DNA from: an uncultured Planctomycetaceae bacterium
Lineage (GTDB): Bacteria > Planctomycetota > Planctomycetia > Isosphaerales > Isosphaeraceae
Direction: 5' to 3'
DNA: 64,000 nt
Assembly (NCBI GenBank): GCA_963833985.1
Contig: CAWIAD010000002.1
Coordinates: 6,496,001-6,560,000, forward strand
Shown here: piece after piece, positions 46,504 to 55,591 of the stretch
Layout of the letters: each line of letters opens with the position of its first letter
How positions within the stretch are numbered: the stretch's first letter is position 1
The notes under the pieces: generated by a model
What the model was told of the DNA's origin: nothing
Databases searched by the model: none
What the model saw: only the letters and a program-made list of their open reading frames with translations
Translations under genes and position numbers: made by a program

Positions 46504-46884
46504 ATGAATTTCGACGTCGCCTGGTTGACCGGACGGAGGCTCGCGGGCGTGGAGTGGTTTACTCCGGACTTCTGGCGATTCCGGTTCGATGACGGGTCTC
46601 GGATTGACGTCGAATGCCCCTGGCGGCTCATCCATGGTCTTCGGATCGCCCTGTCGAGCGAGGACCATGGTCAGGTCTACGGCCTTGGCGTGCCGATCGA
46701 TGCCGCGTCCCGTTGCGAGTCGCTTCTTGCCGGCCTGCCGGTTCGTCAGGCCGAGGTCCGTGACGACACGCGAGACATTCTGATCCACTTCGATGATCAT
46801 CGCAGGCTGGAGATCCTGCCGATTTCCTCCGGTTACGAAAGCTGGAACCTCATCGATCCGTCGGGCCGTCAGACGATCGCCTAG
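46504..46884 (+). CDS. hypothetical protein (DUF6188-like)
   Basis: IDVECPWRL, DHGQVYGL, DILIHFDD and SSGYESWNL. Confidence 0.65.
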   Translation: MNFDVAWLTGRRLAGVEWFTPDFWRFRFDDGSRIDVECPWRLIHGLRIALSSEDHGQVYGLGVPIDAASRCESLLAGLPVRQAEVRDDTRDILIHFDDHRRLEILPISSGYESWNLIDPSGRQTIA

Positions 46885-47071
46885 GGGGGCGGGAACCTTG
46901 TCTCCTGGCCTGATGACTGAGCGTGTGCCCCGTGAATGCGCGACGGAGCACGGCTCAAGCCATGAAGACGTAGAATGAGAGCCATACGGTGTCACCCGGT
47001 CCCCTGAATGTGTTCGTCGCGCGTGATTGTCCGACCTGCCACCCCTGGCGGATCGTTCGTGGAGGTGATCG

Positions 47072-47290
47072 ATGATTCAAACGGTTGAGGCAGTCGTCGA
47101 TGCCAGCGGCACAGTCCGATTGCTCGGTGAGATCAGCGTGCCTGGCCCGCGGCGGGCTCTGGTAACGATTCACGAAGAACCGGCCGTGATTCCCGGAGAG
47201 GCCGCCCTGCTCGCCGAGGGCGCTCTGGCGGAGGATTGGTCCAGGCCGGAGGAAGAAGCCGCGTGGCCGCACCTTCAGCCGGGGACGTAA
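47072..47290 (+). CDS. putative orphan antitoxin
   Basis: 72 aa. VEAVVDASGTVRL beta N-terminus and acidic ALAEDWSRPEEEAAW C-terminus. GGAGGTG RBS. Confidence 0.6.
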   Translation: MIQTVEAVVDASGTVRLLGEISVPGPRRALVTIHEEPAVIPGEAALLAEGALAEDWSRPEEEAAWPHLQPGT

Positions 47291-47372
47291 TGTGACAACG
47301 GCGCTCGGCGGGCTCGCGCTCCCTGACAACGCCCTCCTGGCCTGATCGCAGAGCGAAGAGGCGCAGACTTCC

Positions 47373-47921
47373 ATGAAGCACTCTGATCATGTGGCTCTCT
47401 TCCGCGGCATCAACGTCGGCCGCGCCAAGCGGGTGGCGATGGCCGACCTGCGATCGCTGTTCGAGGGCCTCGGATTCGGTGAGGTGCGCACGCTGCTCAA
47501 TAGCGGCAACGTGATTTTCAGTGCCCGGGACGGAACCGCCAAGGATGCCGCGACGCGTGTCGAAGAGGCACTTGCGAACGTGCTCGGGGTCTCGTCCCGG
47601 GTGACGGTGCTGTCAGCCGCGGAGCTTGCCGGAGTCGTGGCCGCGAATCCGCTGCTCGGGGTGGCCGACGATCCCTCGCGGTTGCTCATCGCCGTGCTGA
47701 ACGATCCGGCCGATCGGGCCAGGCTCGAGCCCTTGCTGGAGCAGGACTGGACGCCGGACGTGCTGGGACTCGGCGGGCGAGTCGCCTATGTGTGGTGCGC
47801 GGGTGGTATTCTGGAGAGCCGCCTGGCGAAGGCGATCGAACGTGAGCTCCGTGACAGGGCCACCACGCGCAACTGGGCGACCGTGCTCAAGCTGCACGCG
47901 CTGCTCCAGGGCAAGGCGTGA
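47373..47921 (+). CDS. DUF1697 family protein
   Basis: ALFRGINVG, VRTLLNSGNVIF and TTRNWATVLKL. Confidence 0.9.
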   Translation: MKHSDHVALFRGINVGRAKRVAMADLRSLFEGLGFGEVRTLLNSGNVIFSARDGTAKDAATRVEEALANVLGVSSRVTVLSAAELAGVVAANPLLGVADDPSRLLIAVLNDPADRARLEPLLEQDWTPDVLGLGGRVAYVWCAGGILESRLAKAIERELRDRATTRNWATVLKLHALLQGKA

Positions 47922-48103
47922 CCGCGCCCGAACCGCTTCCCTGCGGATACGTGCCTTTCGCGCGCCGGCAGGTTATTCTGAGGACGGCTTCGCCCCGAAG
48001 GCGAGACGCCGCGGGCCGCGCGGCTGCCGATCCTGAGGTGCCGCGTGGCCGGGCCGGGCCGCGGCGCCCGCACAACGTTCTCCGCGATCGAGGAAAAACC
48101 AAA

Positions 48104-48538
48104 ATGCTGAAGCGCATTCCGAGCATCCTCTCTCCCGAGCTTCTGTACCTGATTGCGCAAATGGGGCACGGCGACGAGCTGGTGATCGCCGACGCCAACT
48201 TCCCCGCGGTGACCAACGCAAAGCGGCTGGTCCGCGCCGACGGCCACAGCGTGCCGGCCATCCTGGAGGCGATCTTGCAGCTTTACCCGCTGGACAGCTA
48301 TGTCGAGAAGCCGGCCGCGGTGATGCGGCGGGTGGACAAGCCGGGCGAGCCGGCACCGATCTGGAACGAGTACCAGCGTCTGCTGGACAGCGCCGAGGGA
48401 CGGCACATCGCCATGGAGCAGGTGGAGCGGTTCGCCTTCTATGAGCGGGCGAAGCAGACCTTCGGCGTGGTGGCCACCGGCGAGACCGCGCTGTACGGCA
48501 ACCTCATCATCAAGAAGGGCGTGATTGCACCCGCGTGA
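48104..48538 (+). CDS. fucU: RbsD/FucU family sugar mutarotase
   Basis: MGHGDELVIADANFP, ERFAFYERAK and TGETALYGNLIIKKGV. Confidence 0.9.
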   Translation: MLKRIPSILSPELLYLIAQMGHGDELVIADANFPAVTNAKRLVRADGHSVPAILEAILQLYPLDSYVEKPAAVMRRVDKPGEPAPIWNEYQRLLDSAEGRHIAMEQVERFAFYERAKQTFGVVATGETALYGNLIIKKGVIAPA

Positions 48539-48586
48539 AGGCGCGCCGTCTTCTCACCAGCCGCCGGGCGATCGGGGCCGCTCCGA

Positions 48587-49510
48587 TCAGAGCACGTAAT
48601 CCTGGCCCTTGGGCTCGGCGGCGATCGACCCGGCGGACTGGTCCGAGCCGTTGAGGCCGGGCGGGGTGCTGCGGCCGCCGGTCTGCTCCGAGGCCGAGGT
48701 GAGCTGGCTCAGGTAGAACCGCGCCGGCTCGGCGTAGTCGGAGTGGTTGGTGAGCTTGAGAACCCGGTGAAAATCGAGGATGGCATCGCTGATGATGCCT
48801 TTGCGGGCCAGGCACACTCCGCGATTGAGGTAACATTCGGCGTCGTTCGGCCGCATCATCATGACCTGATCGAAATCGCCCAGTGCGGCTTCCAGGTCGC
48901 CCTTCTCGCTCCGAATGCGGCCGCGATGGAGGTAGGAAAGGGCGTGCCGGGGATCAAGCTGGAGGGCCTCATCATATTCGGCGAGCGCCAGGTCCGGCTT
49001 CCCCTCGGCCTCGTGGACGCAGCCACAATAGTAGTGCGCGTCCGCAAGGTAGGGAGAGATCGTCAGCGCCCGGTTGAACTCGGCGAGGGCGGCCTGATGG
49101 GCACCCTGTGCCAGCAGCTTGCGGCCTTCCTTGAGATGGAGCGGGATGCTCGTGCGGAGCCGGCGCCGGGTGGAACTTTGTACCCACGTCATCACCAGGG
49201 TCGCCGCGGCCGGCAAGCCGAGCAAAGCCACTCGAATCTGGAACCGGGTGGGCTGAGGGTAGCGTGAGCGGGTCACGGTGACGTATTCGCCGTAATGCGT
49301 CCGCACGGTCTGCTCGTGAATCACGAACATCGCCAGCATGATCCCGAAGACGCCGAGCGCTCCCAGCATCCGTGCCAGGATCTTCGCCTTGCCCAGCGAC
49401 ATCAGGATCGTCGCCACGATGATCAGGCCCGCGCCTGCCGCGAACAGCAACACCAGCTCCAGCTCAGTGGGCCAGTTCACCACGCGGTGGTAGAGCTCAG
49501 CACCTTTCAT
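48587..49510 (-). CDS. membrane-anchored TPR protein
   Basis: Three N-terminal hydrophobic segments followed by about four TPRs (ALAEFNRAL, ALAEYDEAL, ALGDFDQV, AILDFHRVL). Confidence 0.88.
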   Translation of the reverse strand: MKGAELYHRVVNWPTELELVLLFAAGAGLIIVATILMSLGKAKILARMLGALGVFGIMLAMFVIHEQTVRTHYGEYVTVTRSRYPQPTRFQIRVALLGLPAAATLVMTWVQSSTRRRLRTSIPLHLKEGRKLLAQGAHQAALAEFNRALTISPYLADAHYYCGCVHEAEGKPDLALAEYDEALQLDPRHALSYLHRGRIRSEKGDLEAALGDFDQVMMMRPNDAECYLNRGVCLARKGIISDAILDFHRVLKLTNHSDYAEPARFYLSQLTSASEQTGGRSTPPGLNGSDQSAGSIAAEPKGQDYVL

Positions 49511-50232
49511 GATCAGGATAGCCTTCCAGGCAACAGTCGGCGTTTTTGAGGTTGGCTCGGTTCTGCGCGGCTCTCTTCACGGAGCGGAAGGCCAGGACAG
49601 CGAACGTCGTTGCCGACGATTTCGAGTGTGTAAACGAAACGGCTGACAAAATAGATCACTGTTGTACATGCACGAGAGGTCCCCCCACAATGTACGAGTG
49701 CCCCTTGCAGGTGTCAATCGCGAGCCTGCGCTCGTCGGCCATTTTTCAGTCTTTTCGCACACAAGCTCAAGACAAGGGGCCTGGCTCCGACCCGCCCTGG
49801 CCCGCGCGCTGCCGCATCCGTCGCAAAACATTCAGCAGAACGGCTTCGTGACGCCCATGAGCCCATGACGTGTCACGTCGCGCGGCTCGCGCTTCTCTCT
49901 GCTTACAACTCTGCTTGCAGGACACGCGATCGACGGTTCATAGCAACCCGAAACGCGCGGCTTGTCTCCTGGCCCGGTCGGGACGGGCGGCCACCCTCGC
50001 TCCTGCATGGGGGCTGGTATGAAGCCGCTCCGCTGATTCCAGGCCAGACAGGCCGGTCAATCGCCCGACGGGACTAAGGCCGATGCCGGCACTGCCGGAT
50101 CCGCGCAAAACCCGACCTGCTTCGAAAACGGCTGCTATATTCCAGTAGGCATTCCTCCGGGAATTCCCCAGGCCCGCGGTCGAATGCGCAGGAGGCCGCA
50201 GCTGTCGTCGTCGGCAAAGGGATTGCTTAGCA

Positions 50233-52761
50233 ATGCGACACCGAAAACCGGCTCGGACCCGCCCGGCGGCGTTCGAACGACTGGAAGACCGCTCGCTCTT
50301 GACCGTCCTGATCGCCCTGGTGGATACCGGCGTGGACCTCACCAGCAGCGCAGACGGCCCGTATTACAACTTCAGCGCCGCCTACGACGCATACAGCCAG
50401 CAGCCCGCGGCCCAGTACGGCGACGGCGTGGTCCAGGACACGAGCCTCCAGCACGGCCACGGCTCGACCGTCGCGGACCTGATCGTGCAGGGCATCCAGG
50501 CCGCCGAGTCCCAGCCCGGAGCCGGCGCCGCTGGCGTGCAGATCATGCCCATCCGCGACACCTCCAGCGGCGATAACATCGACGCCAGCGCGCTGGTGCG
50601 AGGCGTCTACTGGGCGGCCGACCACGGCGCCGCGGTGATCAACCTGAGCGTCGCCTCGACCTCCGATCCCGTGCTTCAGGATCTGGCCGACCCGCACAAC
50701 GGTTCCACACTCTCGCAAGCCATTGCTTACGCTCAGAGCAAGGGCGCCGTGGTGGTCACCGCGCCGGGGAACGATGCGATCAACATCGATCACCTGGTGC
50801 TGTACCCGGCTTACGCTTCCGACCCTGTGTATTCCACGGCCAGCCCCGCGCCCACCAACGTGATCGTGGCCGCGGCCGTTGATGCCGCGGGCAATCTCAC
50901 GTCCGTGTCGAGCTGGGGGCCGAACCACGTGGACCTGGGGGCGTATTCCAACGTGCAGGGTTTCACGTCGTACTCGGCGGGTTACACTTCCGGCGTCGCC
51001 GGCGTGATCGCGGCCCTGCTGCCGCCAGGACACCCGGCTCAGCAGGTGATCAGCGTGATCGAGGGCACGGCCACGCCGCATGCTCAGTCCGTCGGCGCCT
51101 GGAGCAAGACCGGAGGGGTGATCAACCCGGCCGGGGCGGTGGCCCGGGCCGAGGCCGCCGGCGTCATCATCAACGCCGGCGGAGGGGCGTCCACCGGCTA
51201 CGCGGCCGACGGAGACTACAGTGGAGGCTCGACCTACTCGGTCACCGACCCGATCAACACCAGCGGCCTGATCGACCCCGCACCCCAGCAGGTCTACCAG
51301 TCCGAGCGCTTCGGCAATTTCAGCTATACCCTCCCCAACCTGGTCCCAGATGCCCCCTATATCGTGCGGCTCGACTTCGCCGAGATCTACTGGAACGCGC
51401 CCGGCGACCGGCTCTTCAACGTCCTGATCAACGGTAACCCGGTGCTCACGAACTTCGATGTCTACGCCGTGGCGGGCGGCAAGGACATCGCCATCGAGCG
51501 CCAGTTTGAGAGCCTTTCGTCGAGCACCGGTCAGATCGTCATCCAGTTCACGAGCATTCGCGACAACGCCAAGGTGAGCGGCATCGAGGTCACCCCGGCG
51601 CCAGACCTCGCCCTGGGGAAGGCGGCCTACGCATCGTCGGTGGAGAGCACGTACTACGCGCCGGGTCTGGCGGTGGACGGCAACAGCAGCACGCGGTGGT
51701 CAAGCGGTCAATGGATGCAAAACGGCGAGACCGGCTGGATCTATGTGGACCTGGGAGCGCCTTACAGCATCTCGGAGGTGCGTCTGAACTGGGAGACGGC
51801 CTTCGCGGTGAACTACCAGATCCAGGTCAGCAACGACGCGGTGAACTGGACCACGATCAAGGTCATCAGCGGCAACCAGAGCAAGGGCGTGGCCGATTTC
51901 AGCGGACTTTCCGGCAGCGGACGTTTTGTGCGCATCGACTGCACCCAGCCCGGCCCCTATTCCAACAATTACTCGCTCTATGATTTCAGCGTCTTCGGCA
52001 CGGCGGTGACCGATCTTGCACTTGACCGACCCGCCTACGCATCGTCGGTGGAGAGTACGTACTACGCGCCGGGCCTGGCGGTGGACGGCAACAGCAGCAC
52101 GCGGTGGTCAAGCGGTCAATGGATGCAAAACGGCGAGACCGGCTGGATCTACGTGGACCTGGGAGCGCCTTACAGCATCTCGGAGGTGCGTCTGAACTGG
52201 GAGACGGCCTTCGCGGTGAACTACCAGATCCAGGTCAGCAACGACGCGGTGAACTGGACCACGATCAAGGTCATCAGCGGCAACCAGAGCAAGGGCGTGG
52301 CCGATTTCAGCGGACTTTCCGGCAGCGGACGTTTTGTGCGCATCGACTGCACCCAGCCCGGCCCCTATTCCAACAATTACTCGCTCTATGATTTCAGCGT
52401 CTTCGGCAGCCCGGCGCCGACGGCCCTGAGCCCGGCGGGGATGGTGGCGGCGCTGGCCGCGGGCTCCGGTGTGGCCGGATCAGGCCCGGTCCCCGCCGCT
52501 CCTCTGGCCATCACCCCCGTGCAGGCTTGTTCGGTCACGCCGAATGCCGCGTCGCCGGGACCCAGCGCCCCACCCTTGACGGTTGCCAGCGCTCCCGCCG
52601 GCCGGGAGCAGCAGTTCAGCGCCGGGTCCTTACCTGGCCAGCGTACGCTCTTGCTACCGGTGCACATGCCGGCACCGCGGCCCTTGGCATTTCCCCGGCA
52701 GTCCGTGAAACTCCGGCCAGCACCCCTCGAGGTCTACCAGAAGCGGTTGCGTCGGCGTTGA
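50233..52761 (+). CDS. secreted S8-like peptidase + malectin + two F5/8 type C (discoidin) domains
   Basis: FERLEDRSLL export motif, ALVDTGVD, HGSTVA and APGND. Malectin VYQSERFG...LDFAEIY. Two copies of AVDGNSSTRWSS...YVDLG. Confidence 0.85.
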   Translation: MRHRKPARTRPAAFERLEDRSLLTVLIALVDTGVDLTSSADGPYYNFSAAYDAYSQQPAAQYGDGVVQDTSLQHGHGSTVADLIVQGIQAAESQPGAGAAGVQIMPIRDTSSGDNIDASALVRGVYWAADHGAAVINLSVASTSDPVLQDLADPHNGSTLSQAIAYAQSKGAVVVTAPGNDAINIDHLVLYPAYASDPVYSTASPAPTNVIVAAAVDAAGNLTSVSSWGPNHVDLGAYSNVQGFTSYSAGYTSGVAGVIAALLPPGHPAQQVISVIEGTATPHAQSVGAWSKTGGVINPAGAVARAEAAGVIINAGGGASTGYAADGDYSGGSTYSVTDPINTSGLIDPAPQQVYQSERFGNFSYTLPNLVPDAPYIVRLDFAEIYWNAPGDRLFNVLINGNPVLTNFDVYAVAGGKDIAIERQFESLSSSTGQIVIQFTSIRDNAKVSGIEVTPAPDLALGKAAYASSVESTYYAPGLAVDGNSSTRWSSGQWMQNGETGWIYVDLGAPYSISEVRLNWETAFAVNYQIQVSNDAVNWTTIKVISGNQSKGVADFSGLSGSGRFVRIDCTQPGPYSNNYSLYDFSVFGTAVTDLALDRPAYASSVESTYYAPGLAVDGNSSTRWSSGQWMQNGETGWIYVDLGAPYSISEVRLNWETAFAVNYQIQVSNDAVNWTTIKVISGNQSKGVADFSGLSGSGRFVRIDCTQPGPYSNNYSLYDFSVFGSPAPTALSPAGMVAALAAGSGVAGSGPVPAAPLAITPVQACSVTPNAASPGPSAPPLTVASAPAGREQQFSAGSLPGQRTLLLPVHMPAPRPLAFPRQSVKLRPAPLEVYQKRLRRR
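51625..52408 (+). repeat. near-identical intragenic duplication (376-bp units, 408-bp period)
   Basis: 51625-52000 versus 52033-52408. I see three differences, all synonymous. Confidence 0.92.
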
Positions 52762-52855
52762 TCGGCCCGTGGCGGGTAGGCTCCCTCCTGGTGTAGCATC
52801 TCGAGATCCGGCTGCTCCGGGTGGAATCCAGTCCGGTAATCGCGAGGTCCACGCC

Positions 52856-54016
52856 ATGAACCAGAGCGCAGCGCGGAATGTGATCATCGGCGCGGGAGCC
52901 ATGGGCGCGGCAGCCGCGTATCACCTGGCGCGGCGGGGCGAGCCGGTACTGCTCCTCGAGCAGTTCGCGCTGGGACACGATCGCGGCAGCTCGCACGGCG
53001 CGGCGCGAATCACCCGGCACTCCTACGCCGATGCCGACTACGCCCGGCTCATGCCGGCGGCCTTCCGCGCCTGGAGAGAGCTGGAGGCCGACGCCGGACG
53101 CTCCGTCTACATCCGCACCGGGGGCGTGTCGTTCAGCCCCGAGGGCGTGGATTATGTGGCCCGTGTCGCTGCCAACCTGGAGGCGCTCGATGTTCCCCAT
53201 CGCCGCATGACCGGCGCGGACTGGAACCGGGCGAACCCGGCCTTCGCCGTTCCGGCCCGGCACGACGTTGTCTTCGAGCCCGACGCCGGCATGCTCGCCG
53301 CGTCCGCGGCCGTGATGCTCCAGCTCGAACTCGCACGTCTCCACGGCGGCGCCAGGACGCAGGTCGTCCCGTCCACTCCGGTCCGCGCGATCGACCTGCA
53401 AGGGAGCAGGCCGATCGTCCTGACCGACACGGCCGCCATCACCGCGGACCGGCTCATCGTCACGGCCGGGGCCTGGGTGAAGCAGCTCTTGCCCCAGTTT
53501 CCGGTGCCGCTCGTGCCCACGCGGCAGCAGGTGCTCTACTTCCGCCCGGCCGATCCTGGGCCCTTCGAGATCGGCCGATTTCCCGTATTCATCTACAAGG
53601 GCGACCGCGACGACGACGCCTACTACGGCATGCCGGGCCTGCTGGGAACCGGCGTGAAGACGGCCCGCCACTTCGGGCCGCCGACCGATCCGAACGTCGC
53701 GGAGACCGCCGTGAGCGACGATTATCGCGCGGTCGTCCGCGGCTTCCTCCGCGCCCACATTCCCGCCCTGGCCAGCGCACCGATCGACCAGGCCGAAACG
53801 TGCCTTTACACGGTGGCCCCGGACGAGCAATTCGTGGTCGACTTCCTCCCCGGCCGCGACGATGTCCTCGTTGCCAGCCCATGCAGTGGCCACGGCTTCA
53901 AGTTCTCGTGCCTGATCGGCCGCCTCCTCGCCGCCATGGCGCGGCAAGACGATGCGGGCGCTCGGGACCAGGCCAGTTTCCCCCTTCCACCCGCCTGGCG
54001 GCTGGGTGTGCCTTGA
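52856..54016 (+). CDS. solA: N-methyltryptophan/monomeric sarcosine oxidase family flavoenzyme
   Basis: IIGAGAMG, HDRGSSHGAARITR, CLYT and CSGHGFKF. Confidence 0.9.
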   Translation: MNQSAARNVIIGAGAMGAAAAYHLARRGEPVLLLEQFALGHDRGSSHGAARITRHSYADADYARLMPAAFRAWRELEADAGRSVYIRTGGVSFSPEGVDYVARVAANLEALDVPHRRMTGADWNRANPAFAVPARHDVVFEPDAGMLAASAAVMLQLELARLHGGARTQVVPSTPVRAIDLQGSRPIVLTDTAAITADRLIVTAGAWVKQLLPQFPVPLVPTRQQVLYFRPADPGPFEIGRFPVFIYKGDRDDDAYYGMPGLLGTGVKTARHFGPPTDPNVAETAVSDDYRAVVRGFLRAHIPALASAPIDQAETCLYTVAPDEQFVVDFLPGRDDVLVASPCSGHGFKFSCLIGRLLAAMARQDDAGARDQASFPLPPAWRLGVP

Positions 54017-54264
54017 TGGTGAGCGAGGGATGATGGAAAGCTGGAAGTCGGTGAGCTATAGAAGGCGAATCAGCCCCGACACCTTTTGCGTGGCCCGGCC
54101 CGTTTTCTGTCCTCCTTCAGCGCAAGCGCATTGCGGGCTTGTCCGTCTTGCATTTTTTACGAAATGTTGCGAGGAGTAGATTTTGACAGAGCCGTCCAGA
54201 AAAGATTGAAATCTAAACTTTGCGCCGCCTTTAAGGGCTTCGATGATCTTGCCTACGGTATCGT

Positions 54265-54726
54265 TCATGACAACCACTTGGCCAATGGCGTTGTTAGGGA
54301 AGCCTGGCTTTCCTGCAAATTGCAGTATAGAAGGCCATCAGTACAGCAATCGAAGGTCTCGGTGAATAGCCTATACACGCGGGTGCGATGAATAGACGGG
54401 AAGAAGTTGGTTATGTCTACGGTGTAGGCGTAGACAGAGCCAGCGTGCACCCTCGCGTTGGTGATGATAGACCGTCCACGTACACCGCCGTGGCTATGAA
54501 CGGAGGGGCGAAGATTGGGGAGCAGGACTCGGGCATAAAGCCTGTCGAGCAAGAGCCTCCACAGCCCTCTAACCTCAATGATGTCCCGACACTTTCCAGG
54601 TTTCGTTGGATCTATCAAAGAATATTGACGAACACAATTGTGGAGATTGGTCAAACCCGCTCGGAGTCTGCGAGATGGGATGCCGAGGATATCCGCTAGG
54701 CACCGTTCCGACCGTATGTGCAGCAT
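54265..54726 (-). pseudogene. retron-type reverse transcriptase, C-terminally truncated
   Basis: KPGKCRDI (RT1), SHGGVRGRSIITNARVH (RT2 plus retron NAxxH) and DITNFFPSI (RT3). Similarity ends near 54345, and no YxDD was found in any downstream frame. Confidence 0.85.
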
Positions 54727-54727
54727 A

Positions 54728-55042
54728 TTAGTTGGCGATGTGCCGGTAGCGTACCTTCTCGGCGAGTTCACGCTTCCACGTCTCTGCGATTTTGGCTGCG
54801 GACTCCTGCAATGCCAGCGGTAGCTTGCTCGTGTCGCCGAAAAGACTCCATCCGAGAACGTGGAGATCAACGTCCCAGAGTTCCCGAAAACGATCAATTA
54901 ATTCCGGAGACGGGACAGACCTGCTGTTCTCGATATTGCAATAGTGAACAACCGAGATTCCCAATTCCTCGGCCATTTCCTTCTGCTTGAGACCCAAGCG
55001 CTCCCGCAAATATCGGGCAGTGCGACCCACGTAGAGACTCAT
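54728..55042 (-). CDS. XRE/Cro-CI helix-turn-helix protein
   Basis: LRERLGLKQKEMAEELGISVVHYCNIENSRSVPS. GGAG RBS. The stop is 1 nt from the RT ATG. Confidence 0.9.
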   Translation of the reverse strand: MSLYVGRTARYLRERLGLKQKEMAEELGISVVHYCNIENSRSVPSPELIDRFRELWDVDLHVLGWSLFGDTSKLPLALQESAAKIAETWKRELAEKVRYRHIAN

Positions 55043-55071
55043 AACAAACTCCAGAAAGTGGATGGGGTGTT

Positions 55072-55320
55072 CTAGAACGCATTGGTTCCGGATAGGTAAG
55101 CAAAGGCTCTTGCCGTAGCAGACCATGCCGCGACAATGTCCGGCGGATCCTGATACAGTGCCTCAGCCACCTCCCTCTCCAGCGGTCCTAGAACACTCCC
55201 GTAAGCCGCAGCCAGTTCATCTGAGCCATTGATCTGATTCCAGAATTCCACTATGTCGTGCAATTTCCTCTCAGTATCGGGCAGTAATGAACCGGCGGAC
55301 GAGCGAACTACATCGATCAT
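55072..55320 (-). CDS. 82-aa small helical protein, candidate retron effector
   Basis: MIDVVRSS...LEREVAEALYQDPPDIVAAWSATARAFAYL. GGGAG RBS 7 nt upstream. First gene of the HTH-RT operon. Confidence 0.65.
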   Translation of the reverse strand: MIDVVRSSAGSLLPDTERKLHDIVEFWNQINGSDELAAAYGSVLGPLEREVAEALYQDPPDIVAAWSATARAFAYLSGTNAF

Positions 55321-55583
55321 GATGTGACTCCCAAAGGGGACGCGGCTTGGCACTGAGAAGTCCAGTACCAACCATTATGCTATAAGTAGGTACACATATA
55401 GCATGTGCCTGCGGACCTGGTGGTCTCACCTGGGGTGATGTAGCCGACCAGCCTTGGGCGGTGCGTTACGCGTCAAGTAAGCTCCGAGTCCGGTGAGCTC
55501 ACCAGTCAGAGGAACACCAGAAACGCAACGCTTCAGGTCCCGGAGGGCATCACGCTTTCGCGTGGGCGTTGGGAGCATTCGTC
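55321..55583 (-). ncRNA. structured RT-associated leader RNA (candidate retron msr-msd)
   Basis: Outer pairing UGCUCCCAA/UUGGGAGuCA, CACGC-GAAA-GCGUG hairpin, long-range GGACCUG/CAGGUCC and UGCC/GGCA stems, and two 3' hairpins. Confidence 0.65.
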
Positions 55584-55591
55584 GTCTAAGA

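Noticed and set aside
50212..50227. sigma54-like motif CGGCAAAGGGATTGCT
   Set aside because: The predicted TSS (about 50238) would fall after the ATG at 50233.
54290..54345. Frameshift rescue of the RT through an alternative frame (AICRKARLP*Q)
   Set aside because: The frame hits a stop and no QG..SP or YxDD motif follows, so the resemblance to RT4 is probably chance.
51625..54726. DGR hypothesis: RT near two near-identical repeats acting as TR and VR
   Set aside because: Both repeats are in-frame domains of one gene. The three differences are synonymous and not directional, and the RT has the retron NAxxH motif.
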